A stretch of DNA of 64,000 bases from Pristiophorus japonicus (GCF_044704955.1 NC_092001.1:19654001-19718000), one strand, 5' to 3'. Positions 11,651-24,960 are shown, numbered from the stretch's first letter. Notes: generated by a model from the letters alone, not told the origin. A program made the numbers and translations.

Positions 11651-13764
11651 AATTAACGTGAGCAGAAAGTTTTAGAGGCTGGCGACAATTTCTGATTAGG
11701 TCTGAAATGATTTTAATAGCAGCATACTGATTCCACCGCAGTTCAAGGAGGGTCTGAAATTAATTATCTCCCTGTTTGACACAGATCCAAACAGATTGTA
11801 TTCAATTATCAATTCAATGCGAGTTGTAAATTACAGTTTGCAAATGTCATAAATCTGACGTGTTATTAAATTCTAAAATTATGTAATTTCTTCAATTAAA
11901 TCTTTTGTTTCATAGCGAGACAATTATCACTAATCTAATCTGTACCGTTTGTAAGATGATAGCCTGAGCGTTAGACGTCGCTGGCAGTCAGAGCATTGTT
12001 CATATGATTCTATTTAAATTCAAGGAAAGTTCAGGCTGACAGACACACAACGCATTCAAAGTCAAGCTGATTAATTTATTACAATAAGGTCAATGTTATT
12101 TTTGAATTGAATAACAACATCCAGTCTCCCTTAGCTGTGCTGCAAATGGGGTAGAATTATAGAGAGTGAACACATTACATTTAAGAGTTATGTTCAACTG
12201 TGGTTCACGTTTAATTGATCACCAAATACTCTCCTCCATTTGCTCATGAAATGTCAGTGTCGCAGATGGCCTGAATGAATTCTTCCCCGCCAATATTACG
12301 TTGATCATTCTGGAAAGTAGTTTCAATAAATAGCTTAATAATTAATTTACGGGCATTGTGTGAATTACAGGAGTAAAATATAAAAAAGATTCTCTATGTT
12401 ATTAAATAGCGGAGTCTATGTTACCGACTACACACTGGTCTGTTGCCTGTTACTTCATAAAATATATTTTACAGGTAAGAATGAGGATAATGTTTAAACT
12501 GGAGGGCCCTGATTTAAAAAACATATAGCGTTACAGCCCATCGATAGTTAGTGAGATGTAACAACGGCCAGACGTTGAACTATTTAAAATAATCCACTCC
12601 TAAATCCATCATGTGAAATCCACTCTGAGAAAAGAGGGAGTTTATGTTGCATCAGAGAGTTCAGAACCATGCAGAGTTTACATGTGTCGCTAGGGTGCGG
12701 GAATATATTGGAAGCTCCTGATCATTTTAACTTATTCAAATGTGATTTGAATCAAGTAAACATAATATATTAGTCTGAATGTCTTCATCTTTTAATATGA
12801 TTCTTAATATGTTAAAATTGATAAGTGTCATATTAACTTAACTGAAACGCTAATATGTCACACGTTACGAAGCAGGAACAGGATTAAAATGAATATTAAC
12901 TAATTTTATTATAATGCAGCATTAGATCAGCAAACACCAATATTACTTTAGAGTATAATATCAGTGTGAACTCATTAACCATTAATGACCTCCCACAATT
13001 GCGTTGTATACTGGACACGGTTACAGTTACTGCAACATCTCTAGGGTTGGCGAGAATTTTAAATTAAGTCAAAGATTAACTTAGTAAACAATACTTGTCT
13101 AACTCAATATGAATAAGGTGTCGCCGCAGATTTTAATGAATTAACTTCGTGTTTTGCCTAGATGATTTTAGAGGTTATATTTAATTATGAAATTATATTG
13201 AAGCAGTGGCTAATCGGTTTTCAATGTAACTGTTTCCTGGTTTGTTAAATTCCTACTCTGAAAGGGAGTCCCGATTAAATGCAGCAAAATTACCATGGAA
13301 TGTAGATTATTTCGATATAATTGTTTTCAGGATTTGTACAATTGTAGAGATGGAGGGAGACATGATTGGAAGTCGAGGAAAGTTTTCCAAATTAATATCA
13401 GTTTAATTTTTTTTAAAACGTGCACTTTTGAGATGATCGGAAATTGACAAGAGATCAATTGTAAATCAGCTTTATTGAAACTGACATGGCACCGATCTAT
13501 CTGCTGAGAGCAAGATTGTGCCTGTTCTCTTTCTGTGCGCCTGCTCACTGTGTGAGAATCAAGAGCCCTCCTGATTGGCTGTAAACCTTCCGGTTTGTCC
13601 TCTTGTATTTCGTTGAGTGCAATTCGACTCATTTATTTCAGAAGCTTGTATCTGTGAAAAATGTGACAGTTTCAGGTTAAATTTGAGAAGGCACCTCACA
13701 ATAGGGACCAATAACGCAATTTGTGGCATTCAGAAGCAGAAGTTCAAAAACACTTATGTTAAAC

Positions 13765-14640
13765 TGTTGAAGGAGCTTTAATCAGTTTCTAACCCGTGCT
13801 ATACCTGTCCCGGGAGTCCTGATGGGACAGTGTTGAGAGAGCTATACTCTGTATTTTAACCCGTGCTGTACCTGCCCCGGTACTGTTTGGTGCGACAGTG
13901 TAGAGGGAGCTTTACTCCGTATCTAACTCCCTGTACCTGCCCTGGGAGTATTTGATGGGACAGTGTAGAGGGAGCTTTACTCTGTATCTGACCCCTTGCT
14001 GTACCTGCCCTGGGAGTGCTTGATGGGACAGTGCAGAGGGAGCTTTACTCTGTATCTAACCCCGTGCTGTACCTGCCCTGGGAGTGTTTGATGGGACAGT
14101 GTAGAGAGAGATTTTCTCTGTATCTAACCGGAGATACCTGCCCTCGGAGTGTTTGATGGGACAGTGTAGAGAGAGATTTACTCTGTATTTAACGCATGCT
14201 GTACCTGCCGTCGGAGTGTTTGATGAGACAGTGTAGAGGGAGCTGTACTCAGTATCTATCCCATGCTGAACCTGCCCTGGGAGCGTTTGATGCGGCAGTG
14301 TAGAGGGAGCCTTACTCTGTATTTAACGATTGCTGTATCTGCCCTGGGACACTGGGAGTGTTGGATGGGATCGTGCAAAGGGAGAATTTATTCTGTATCT
14401 AACCCGTGTTGTAGCTGCCCTGGGTCAGTCTGTTCGTGCAATGTATAAGGAGCTTAACTCTGTATTTAACCCGTGCTGTAACTGTCCCGTGACTCTTTCA
14501 TAGGACAGTGTAGAGGCAACATTTACTCTTTATCCAACTCGTGTTCTATCTGCCGTGGTAGTGTTTGGTGGGACAGAGTAGATGGAGCCCTGCTCTCTAT
14601 TTAACTCGTGCGCTACCTTATCTGGACTGTTTGACAGTGC
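13765..14640 (+). repeat. ~65-bp minisatellite (gtgtagagggagctttactctgtatctaaccccgtgctgtacctgccctgggagtgtttgatgggaca) in the J-C intron
   Basis: About a dozen degenerate tandem units; the same family occurs inverted at 27450-28030 and 38560-38790. Confidence 0.93.
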
Positions 14641-15429
14641 AGTATTGACATGGCTTTTCTCGAAATCAATCCCTTGATACAGCTGAGCATAGAATGCAGA
14701 GGGAGCTTTACTCTATATTATTTGCAATATGACAGAACTGAAAATACGTTATCCAGGGGCATTCAAGGAGACTTAATTTGCAGCCAACTAATAAAGTTCG
14801 AGTTAGCAAGCCAGATATGTTCAAATAAATATTTCCATTGCTCCAATGAAACAACAATGCCTTAATTGAGTTTAACCTTATCGCAATATAACTGCTTCAT
14901 TTTTGATGAATTGATGAACGTTTAACATTTTGAATATTAAATAATGATTGAATGAGATTGGCCTGATCTTGAGGTCAATTTCAGAACAAACAGTTTCTGG
15001 AAAAGATTGAAATGGTCCAGAAAGCAGCGCCTGTTCTGATCTGATGGTAGGCTGGAAGTTAATTCGACAATTTAACTGGTGAATGTCGTACTCTTGCTTC
15101 AAATAACAATCATGGGAACGTTATGTTTGAAATCAGCATTTCGTTCAGTTGTTTTTTTTTTATGCACCAGGTAGGGACAGACGCAGGTCAGATGCAGTTT
15201 TTTGACTGGGTCACAACACAAGGCACACAGTAACTGAACTGCATTTCTGTGAAGCATTTAAAGAGATACATTCAGCCTGCGATGAATTGCCATTCACAAT
15301 AATCTTTCAGACTCTGTAACGGTATCCAATTGAATCGTTTGAGCCAAATTTCTCAGACTCTTTATTTTAAATGTCCCATTTCACTATAACAGACAATAAA
15401 CATAGATCTGATAGTGGTGTTCAACATGA

Positions 15430-16385
15430 TGAAGCGTTTCTAGAACTTAACCCTCTCTTTTAAAAAAAAATCCCCTCCTTTTCCCTCTTGTTCTTTTGCC
15501 AATTATTTTAAATCTGTGACCTTTGGTTAACGACGTAATCACCATTGGAAATCGTTTCTCCTGACTTGCTTTGAAAACCTCTATTAGGCCTCCATTTCAT
15601 TTTCACTGCTTTAATACACAATCCCAGATTTTCTAATCTTTCCACCTAACTGAAGTCTCTGGTGCTTTATATCATTCTGGGGCCTTGTCATTCATTCTAA
15701 ATTGTGGAGGTCAGAATTGTATACACTAAAGCATCTGACGTCTAACCAGTGATTTGTAAAGGTTTAGCATGACACCCGTGATTCTGTATTCAAGACCCCT
15801 TTTACAATGGCAATAACGCATACAATTTCGTAACCTTCTTATCAACTTGCCCAGCCACCTTCAAAGAAATGTGAATATGTACTCCCAGGACTCTCTGCTC
15901 TGGCACCTCCCTCAAATTAATGCCTGTTAGATTATATTGCCTCTACATGTTGTTCCTCCAAAATGCATTAAATTGTACCTGGCATGTGCCTGCCCATTTC
16001 ACCAATCTGTCGATGCACTCTTGAAATCCGCTGCTATCCTGCTCACACATTCCCACGTTGCCAAGTTTGCATCATCCGTGAACTTGTAAACTGTATTCCC
16101 TATAAACAAGTCCAGGTAATTTATATATATAACAGGAAAAGCAATGTGGCTCATAACGACCAATGGGCGACCCCACTACTTTTCCGTCAGAAAAACATCT
16201 GTTCATCACTCCTCGCTGCCTCCTCTCCCGCAGCCAAATAAATACCCAAGTTACCTCCATCCCTTTAAACACATGTGCTTCTATTTTTCGAATCATTCTT
16301 TTATGAGATACTTTATGAAATGCCATTTGAACATCGATATATACCACATCTATTGCAACACCATCATCGACCCTCTCTGTAATTT
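15430..16385 (-). mobile_element. Old CR1 LINE fragment
   Basis: ORF 16072-16347 VYIDVQMAFHKVSHKRMIRKI...WLRERRQRGVMN is a degraded RT motif. Confidence 0.75.
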
Positions 16386-18151
16386 TACGGTGTAGACCGA
16401 GATTTCAGTATTTGACCAATAAGCCACAGGTGTCTCAGTAATCCGCACAAATCATAATCAAGAGTTACCCATATCAGCAGCAACCAGGTTCGTTAACCTT
16501 TGTCCTTCCTAGCATAGACCCGGCTGATAACCAATCGATTTATAATGTTTAAGGTTTGCCAATATTAGGTATTTAGAGAAGAAAATCTGTACTGATGTTT
16601 AGATTATTTTCGGTTCGAAGAACACAAAGAAGTGACTGCAACGACCCAGAAAGCAGTGCATGTTCTCACTGGCAGGAGGCTGGACCATAATTTGTAAAAT
16701 TAAATGGAGCTTTTAAAGAGCATCGTTCCATATAACCGGCTTTGGGAACCGTACATCATTCGGATTATTTCATGGAGTGATTGGGAAGAGGAAGGTCAGG
16801 AGACATCCAATCAGTAACAGGGGACAGATCACAACTCATACTGCATCGCTCTTCCTCGAATTCTGAGCAGGAAAGAGATAGGCCCGAATCAATCCCGATT
16901 GAGATCAAACTTGAATCCTAGATACCAGGCTGTGCAAAAGTTCCCGGTTCAAATCTGAGCGCTGAAGTAATCAATTCACATTTTAAAGGCGACTTCAACC
17001 ATTTATTGGAACGTCCTATATTGTCCTGGGAACAAAGAAGATTTCGAAGAGTTCTGATAGAGGGGTTTTGGAAATATGAAGGGTTTTCTGAAGGGATTCG
17101 GTAACATATTTCCCCAGGTCGGTGAGTTGGTGAGTAAATGGCACTGATTAAATATCAGCAGCAAAGGAATGAAGGGATAGGGTATTATTGTACTATGCTA
17201 CACAGGTGCTGTTGGGACATGAGTTATCCTATCAGAAAGAGGGCTGCATGCAGAATTTTTAACAGCTTAATAAAATTGAACGTTTGAGAAGAAGATTGGG
17301 AATTGGAAGGTGAACGGAATTGGTGGAGAGATCGTTCAGAGGCGTGATGGGCCGAATAGCCTCCTTCCGTGCTTTAAAGTTGTATTACTTTATCAGTCTC
17401 GGTCATGTTTATAAAAATGCCGGGATTTAAAAGAAGTTAATACAACTAGTAGATCTTGCTGTAGAAGTTGTGTGATTAGGATAATTCACCCCACCGCTAT
17501 TCAACCAAGTGTATCCCCTGAAAACAATACTTGCATTTATATAGCGCGTTTAATGTAGTGAAACGTCCCAAGACGATTCATACGAGCTTAAGGAGGTAAA
17601 ATTTGATATCAGGACACATAAGCAGTTTCCTTTAGTATGGTCAGCAGTGATTCTGGCGAATGACCAAAATCTTGGTCCAAGAGGTTAGTTTAAGCAGCAT
17701 CTTAAAATGGAGAGTTGACTTCACTTTAATATCATGGAATTGCTTCATTCCGTGCTGCTAATAAGATTCTGAGAGCAAAAGGATGCAGGGAGGAACTCAG
17801 AATATATAATGTGAAATAATCTACTGTGAAAGTGATTGGGGATTGAGGGGAGAGTTCCATAATAGCAGGAAGAAGTCCACGAAAGAATATTCCAGCATTC
17901 ACTCCATACAAAGGGGCCTGCTGGATAGAATGCCCCTTTAAGTCTCGTGACTATCCTTATGTACAAGACTGGAGTTACGTGGAGGCGTTTCACGTCGGAT
18001 CTCATAACTCCTAGTAATTCAAATGTTGACGTAGGGTATGATCGGTAAATGATGGATTTAGTTCACCACGTAGTGAAACGTTTAGTTGTTTGGTTATTTT
18101 ATAAGCACTGATTACAGAGTCTAACTTGTCCACTTGGCCAATCTTTCCCAG

Positions 18152-18451
18152 CGATACCATCTGCTCCCAAACTCAATGCCCTGCTCTCCTCCTGTGAAAA
18201 ACCCGACACTGGCGGCCCCGTCACCTATGGCTGCTTAGCGATGGACTACTCACCGGAAATCACCAGCCTTTCCTGGAGGACAGAAGAAGCGCCGCTCACC
18301 ACTGGATTGAAGACCTACCCGTCAGACCTCAACAAGGAGGGAGCCTACACACTGAGCAGCCAGTTAACCATCAGCAAGTCATTGGTGGGGAGTGGCGCAA
18401 TCTGCTGCGAGGTTGGACGAGGTGGCTCGGTCTGGGACGCAAAAATGCCAA
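18152..18451 (+). CDS. IGHM: Ig mu constant exon Cmu1 ([17 protein letters not shown]...GCLAMDYSP...TYPS...YTLSSQLTI...ICCEV...KMP)
   Basis: Acceptor at 18150-18151, donor GTGAGT at 18452, 300 nt; matches shark IgM CH1 including the light-chain-linking SSC cysteine. Confidence 0.96.
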
Positions 18452-18559
18452 GTGAGTGCTGTGGGATACAAGGAAGGCAAATTGTGAAAAGCAGAGATGA
18501 TATGTTCAACTTCTATACAACCTTGGTTAGACCAGACTTTGAGTAATGTTCACAGTTCT

Positions 18560-18905
18560 GGTCTCCCTCTTACACTTAGAGTCATTGCACAGCTCTGGTC
18601 TTCATATCACACAGCGAGTGCTGCGGACAGGTCTGGTTTCCACATCGTATTTAGAGTATTGTACACAGATAAGGTCTCCATAACATATTAAGAGTGCTGC
18701 ACACACGTCTGGTCTCCATAACACATCTCAGTGTGCATTCCGATCTCCAAATCAAAATTCGAGCACTGCGCATAGTTCTGGTTTCCATATCACACTCAGA
18801 GTACTACGCACATGCCTGGTCTCCATATCACATATAGAGTACTGTACACTGCTCTAATCTCCGGATTATATCAACTGTAAAGTGCATAGTGCTGGTTTCC
18901 ATATT
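18560..18905 (+). repeat. Degenerate ~38-bp tandem repeat (ctggtctccatatcacactcagagtactgcacac), apparently amplified from the adjacent CR1 piece
   Basis: Repeated ctggt(c/t)tccata..cac units directly after a CR1-like ttggttagaccagactttgagtaatgttcacagttctggtc stretch. Confidence 0.65.
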
Positions 18906-19380
18906 ATAAGAATGATACAGAGGCACAAGGACGAAACCAGAAGTGAAAAATTGCAACTGTGAATAATTGCTGAACGGAGTGGGATTCGTTTCTCCAGAAA
19001 AGGGAAGGCTGAGTGGTGATCAAATGGTGGTCTTTAAAATTATGAAGCGATTTAAAGGTTAAACGTAGATAAAATATTTTGCTTGAGCAGGAGCCCGATA
19101 TTGGGGCCATAAATATAAGATATTCACTAATAAATCCAATAGGGAGTCCAGGAGAAAGTTCTTCACCCAAGGAATTGATAAAATATGGAACTCCCTGCCG
19201 CATGGAATACGAGGCGAATATCATAGATGCGTTTCAGGGGAATCTAGATAAGTACAGGAGGGAGAAAGCCATTTAAGGTTATGTTGATAGCGGGCAGGCA
19301 ATAGGGAGAGAGGAGGCCCATGTGGAACATAAGCTTAGGCCTGTTGGGCCTAATGGCCTGTTTCGGTGATGTAGATTATA
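18905..19380 (+). mobile_element. Old CR1 LINE 3' fragment
   Basis: Degenerate CR1 3' end (ttcttcacccaagg...tggaactcc...gggcctaatggcctgttt). Confidence 0.6.
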
Positions 19381-19455
19381 TGTTAAAAACCACTTTAAAG
19401 TTCTTAATTGTTTGGATTGTAACAAATAATCGCCATAAAATGTATTTTCTTGCAG

Positions 19456-19767
19456 GTCGTGTGGTACATCATCCAGCTGTTATCCTTAACTTGAGTTCCA
19501 AGGAAGAAATCGCTAGAAGCAGATCTGCAACCGCCGTGTGTTCAATCATCGATTTCCATCCAAAGTCACTGACCGTGAATTGGCTGAAGAATGGACAAAT
19601 TATGAAATCGGGCTTCATCACCTCTTCCGTATGTGAGGTGAATGGGAAATTCTCGGCGAGTAGTCGACTGACATTCTCCACCGCGGAATGGTTCGCCCAC
19701 TCAGTCTATACCTGCCAGGTCTCTCATCAAGGAATCACCCAAAACCGAACGATCACCAGATCTCCGG
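19456..19767 (+). CDS. IGHM: Ig mu constant exon Cmu2 ([11 protein letters not shown]...[23 protein letters not shown]...[21 protein letters not shown])
   Basis: Acceptor tgcag at 19451-19455, donor GTAAGA at 19768, 312 nt; shark IgM CH2 motifs. Confidence 0.96.
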
Positions 19768-20099
19768 GTAAGAGACACAGCCCCGGGAAGTTCCGGATCA
19801 TTCTGAGCGCTGATCTAAGTCAGGGCTTTTATCGTAATTAGTAAAAAGCACAGAACTATTTCTCATTTCTAATAATACAATTTGTTTTTCCTTTCGGTGT
19901 AAGCCCTGACTGAGGTTTCCCCACGGTTCATGATTCCGTCACTTCGCCAAAGGTTGCCCTCTGCTTGCCCTTAGTCTCAGCTTTATAATGAGTTGCCTGA
20001 GCATATTGGGAGCGACAGTCGGTGTCTCCATGCCTTTACTCTGTAAGGGCCACTGCTAGAAATTGCTAGAATGGTTGTAGACGAAAAAAGCACCTTGGA

Positions 20100-21365
20100 C
20101 TGCATGTCCACAGATCCCTAAAGGTAGCACGCCAGCTTGATAAGTGGGTTAAGAAGGCAGACGGAATATTTACCTTTATTAGTCGAGGCATGGAATAAAA
20201 TAGCAAGGAGCTTATGCTTGAACTGTATAATACACTTGTTAGGCCGGAGCTGGAGTAGCACGTGCATTTCTGGTCACCAGGTTACAGGAAAGATATTGCT
20301 GCACTGGAACGGGTGCAGAGGAGATTTAGCAGGAAGTTGTCTGGACTGGAGAATTTTGGCTATGAGGAAAGATTGGATCGGCTGGGTCTATTTTGTTTCG
20401 AACAGAGGAGACTGAGGGGAGACCTGATTGAGATGTATAAGATTATGAGGGGTCTTGATAGAGAGGATAGGAAGGACCTGTTACCCTTGGCAAATGAGTC
20501 AACAACCATGGGACACAGATTTAAAGTAATTGGGGCGAGGTTTAGAGGAGATATCAGAGGAAATGTCTTCATCCAGAACGTAGTGTGGGTCTCGAAATCA
20601 CTACCTGAAAGGGTGGTAGAGGCTGAAACCCTCACTACATTAAAAAAAAATATTGGATATGCAATGAACCTACAGGGCTACGGACCAAGAGCTGGAAAGT
20701 GGGATTAGGCTGGAATGCTCTTGTTTGGGCAGCATGGAAACGATGGGCCAAAATTTACTCTTTCCATGCCGAAAATGTCTCTGATTTTATGACCTGCCTT
20801 TTTAGAACACAGCATTCAGTTCTGGGCACCGCACCGCAGGATGGATAAACTGGCTTTAGAGCGGGTGCAACGCAAATTAATCCGAATAATTCCGGGCTAA
20901 AACGGCTAAATGATGAGGACGGGTTAGGCTTGTATTCCTTTGTGTAGAATGTGAAGAGGCGATGTAATTGAGGTGCTTACGTTGATAAATGGAACTGATG
21001 TGGTAGATAGCGAGAAAATATTTCCTCTGGTGCGGTACTTCAGGAGCAGGGACAGAACCTTAAAAGTAGATCTTCACCATTCAGGGGTAATGTCAGGAAG
21101 GATAATTTCACACAAAGTCTCGTGTACATCTGGAACTCTCTCCACCAACCCCCCCACCCCCCCCCCCCCACGGACCTCCCAAACATGTTGAGGGTAGGGG
21201 TCAATTGAACATGTCAAAACTGAGATTGATAGATCTTTGTTAGGCAAGGGTGTAAAGGGTTGCACAACCAAAGCGGGTAGATGGTGTTGAGGTAGATATC
21301 AGCCATGATCTGATTGAATGGCAGAACAGGATGGATGGGCTGAATGGACTTCTCCTGTTCCTATG
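20100..21365 (+). mobile_element. Two tandem CR1 LINE 3' fragments
   Basis: ORF 20262-20708 FWSPGYRKDIAALERVQRRF...RRLRGDLIEMYKIM; a second similar 3' end at 20790-21365. Confidence 0.88.
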
Positions 21366-22094
21366 ACACTATTACTGTCCTGCGGTTATATTTCCTCCTT
21401 ACTCTCTCTCACTAGACATGATAAAAGCTCACTAATGACAGAAATTTAACAAAAAACGACTTCACATCAGTATTGCAATTTATTCCCCATGACAAAAGAC
21501 CCCTTGAAATTCCCTTACCACGACCTTTTACTTCTGCTCTGCCGGGGGGGGGGGGGGCGGGGGGCGGGGTCTGCGACTGGTTCCTGCACATTTTTATCAA
21601 CCCCAAAATCACAAGACACCAGAAAATTAACTTTGTTTCCTGTTGCAACTATAATCCTGGATTTGATTTGACACTCGTTTTGAACCAGTGTAATTTCCAT
21701 GTGGAGCTCTTCATCCTGGGGGTTGTGCCATTATATTGAGCGGAAATGCGTTCGGGCAGAAGGATCGATAGACGGGCGTAAAGGAGCAAGGATTTTCGGG
21801 ACGAGCGCTATTCAGTGCATAACACAATTGCACCCAACGTTATTCAATGTTTTATGTCGGGTCTTTGCCTCACAGCCGATCACAGGTGGCTCTGGGTGCA
21901 AATACACAGGAAATGTTAAAGCGTCTCCCGGGATGGTTGCCAATTCGTTGTCCTTGTAATAATGATGGTTGTAAAGCAACAACGAGAGGTTAATATCTCA
22001 AAGGTGATTTATTCTACTTTTGGGAGTTAAGCAGAATGCTGCTATCCTGACTCTGGAGATGAAGCTTTGCTTGACTTTCATTTCTGCTTCACAG

Positions 22095-22400
22095 AAGATT
22101 CCTCGTGCAACGCTCCAAAAATCACTCTTTCGCCGCCGTCACTCGAACATGCCTTAATGGAGGCGACAGTGATCTTAACCTGCATCGTGTCGAATGCTCC
22201 TTTTGGAGTCACCGTGTCCTGGGAGCGGAAAAAGGACATTTTGAAACCAGGGAATCACGGTGAACCAGGAGAGGCCGATAGTGTGATCAGCAAGTTAGAC
22301 ATCTCGACACAAGACTGGCTGAGTGGGGTTGTGTTTGACTGCGTGGTGAGCCATCGGGATATGCCGACTCCGATCAGAGGTTCCATCCACAAGGAAATGG
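22095..22400 (+). CDS. IGHM: Ig mu constant exon Cmu3 ([16 protein letters not shown]...[16 protein letters not shown]...[22 protein letters not shown])
   Basis: Acceptor acag at 22091-22094, donor GTGAGC at 22401, 306 nt; shark IgM CH3 motifs. Confidence 0.96.
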
Positions 22401-22916
22401 GTGAGCGGCGTGATTGTAGGAACATGTGAGAGGCTGTGACTATTCCCGGTGCTTGTACATGGGCCAATTCGTTCTAATAAGTATTTTAATTGATTACTTT
22501 GATAATTCAAATGGTAATCCCACGAGCTAAATACTCTGGGATATGGGATGATGCATTTAAGGGGCAGTTAGATAATTGCATGAGGGAGAAAGCAATAGAA
22601 GGACATATTGCGTGGTTTAGATGGTGAGCTGGGAGTAGGCTCGTGTGGAGCATAAAAGTTGGTATAAATCAGTTGGCCGAATGGCATGGTTCCTAGCAGT
22701 GAATCCTATGTAATTTTCCAGTACAACTCTTCAAGCTCCCAGAGAGAAGGATTTTATTCCATTTTGATCTGGGCTGAAAAACTGGACAGGCCACAGAAGC
22801 GAAATTGGGAATCCTTAAAAATTCCGCGCAAATCACATATCTCGCGCATTTAACCACTGGTGTCATTGTCTCTGGAAGTCTCCAGTTCATTGATGTTCAT
22901 TGTAATTGATCTGCAG

Positions 22917-23308
22917 CTAAAGATCCGCGGGAACTGGCCGTGTCTGTCCTACTGCCCTCGGCAGAAGAAATCTCCGCTCAGAGGTTGGTCAGCCTCACCT
23001 GCTTAGTGAGAGGTTTCTCCCCCCGAGAGATCTTCGTCAAGTGGACCGTCAATGACAAGCCGGTGAATTCGGGCAACTATACGAACACCGAGGTGAAGAC
23101 GGAGAACAGCCGCAGCTCTTACTTCACGTACAGCCTGTTATCCATTGCAGCCGAGGAGTGGGCCAGCGGTGCTTCTTACTCCTGTGTGGTAGGACATGAA
23201 GCCATCCCCTTGAAGACCATCATCAGAACAGTCAATAAATCCAGCGGTAAACCCAGTTTTGTGAACATTTCTCTTGGTCTGATGGACACCGTCAATGCTT
23301 GTCAATGA
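22917..23308 (+). CDS. IGHM: Ig mu constant exon Cmu4 plus secretory tailpiece (...[25 protein letters not shown])
   Basis: Acceptor at 22915-22916; tailpiece with NIS sequon and penultimate Cys; internal donor G|GTAAA at 23247 for the membrane form. Confidence 0.97.
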
Positions 23309-23336
23309 GAATCTCTCGATTGCATTTTAGTTCTTA

Positions 23337-23352
23337 AATAAAAACCAATAAA
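23337..23352 (+). terminator. Secretory-form polyadenylation signals (two AATAAA)
   Basis: AATAAA at 23337-23342 and 23347-23352, ~30 nt after the stop. Confidence 0.85.
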
Positions 23353-23759
23353 GGCCTTTTCTTCCAATCGTGAGTTACACACACAGCCGCTCAATTAATT
23401 TTGTTTCCCATTATTGCCAAGGGACGGGCTGTTAATGTGAAGCAGAATATTTGTCGGACTTGGGCACAAAGCTGATACAGCCAGCGCTCCCAGCTCAGAT
23501 ACACCACAGTTTGGAGACAGAGTGAAGCTCTTTCATGACAGGATTCTTCAAAGTAATTTCAGCAACTTTCTTCCCACTGGCAAAACCTGCAAAGTTCCAT
23601 TTTCATGCAAACAAATGCAGCACATTTAGATCTATGTGTCATTGTTTCTCATGTTGTCCATCCCTTCAGATTTGGGGCCGGTTTTAACTGGCAGCATCGC
23701 CCCCTCTTGGATCTGAAATGAGGGCGACACGGGAACAGGAACTGTACCTGTCACTGCCT

Positions 23760-24960
23760 CACCAGAGAGAGAGAACAAGTCAATTGTTAACCCCCTTTAC
23801 CCCCCACTGACCCACAAGAGGGGAAAGGTCAATTGTTAATCACCTGTACCCCCCACTGCCACACCAGAGGGGAAAGGTCAATTGTTAACCCCCTGTCCTC
23901 CCCACTGACACACCCGGGGGAGGGGAAATGTCAATTGTTAACCCACGGTACTCCCACTACCCCGCCAGAGAGAGGGGAAAGGTCAATTGTTAACACCCTG
24001 CAACTCCCACTGCCCCAACAGAGCGAGGGGAAAGGTCAATTGCTAACCCCTTGTACCCCCCACTGCCCAACCAGAGGGGAAAGGTCAATTGTTAACCCCC
24101 TGTACCCTCCACCGCCCCACCAGGGGGAGGGGAAAGTTCAATCGTTAACCCACTTTACTCCCACTACCGCACTGGAGAGATGGGAAAGGTCAACTGTTAA
24201 CTCATTGTTATACCACTGACCCAACAGAGGGAGGGGAAAGGTCAATTGTTAATCTCCTGCACCTCCTACTGCCGCACTAGAGAGAACGGAAAGGTCAATT
24301 GTCAATCCCGTGTACCTCACACTGCCCCACCAGAGAGAAGGGAAAGGTCAATTGTCAACCCCCTGTACCTCACACTTCCCCACCAGAGAGAGTGGAAAGG
24401 TCAATTGTTAACCCCCTGTACCTCCCACTGCCCCGCCAGAGAGAGAGTGAAAATGGTAATTGTTAACCATCTGTACCTCACACTGCCCCACCAGAGAGAG
24501 CAAAGGTCTATTGTTAATCCCCTGTAACTCCCATTGCCCCACCAGAGGGAGGGAAAAGGGCAATTGTTAACCCCCTGTACCCCCCACCACCCCACCAGAG
24601 AGGAAAGTCAATTGTTAACACCCTGTACCTGCCACTGCCCCACCAGAGATAGAGCAAAGGTGAATTGATAATCTCCTCTACCTCCCACTGCCCCACCAGG
24701 GGGAGGGGAGAGGTCAATTGTTAACCCCCTGTACCTCCCACTGCCCCCTCAGGGGGAGGGGAAAGGGTAATTGTTTACCACTGTCCCCCCACTGCCCCAC
24801 CAGAGAGAGAGGAAAGGGCAATTGTTAACCCAATGTACCTCCACTGCCCCATCAGAGAGAGGGGAAAGGGCAATTGTTAACTCATTGTGTCTCCGATTCT
24901 CCAACACAGCGAGGGGAAAAGGCAATTGTTAAGCCACTGTACCCCTCAATTCCCACCAGG
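23760..24960 (+). repeat. ~55-60 bp minisatellite (aggtcaattgttaaccccctgtacctcccactgccccaccagagagagggga) in the Cmu4-TM intron
   Basis: About 20 tandem units visible. Confidence 0.93.
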
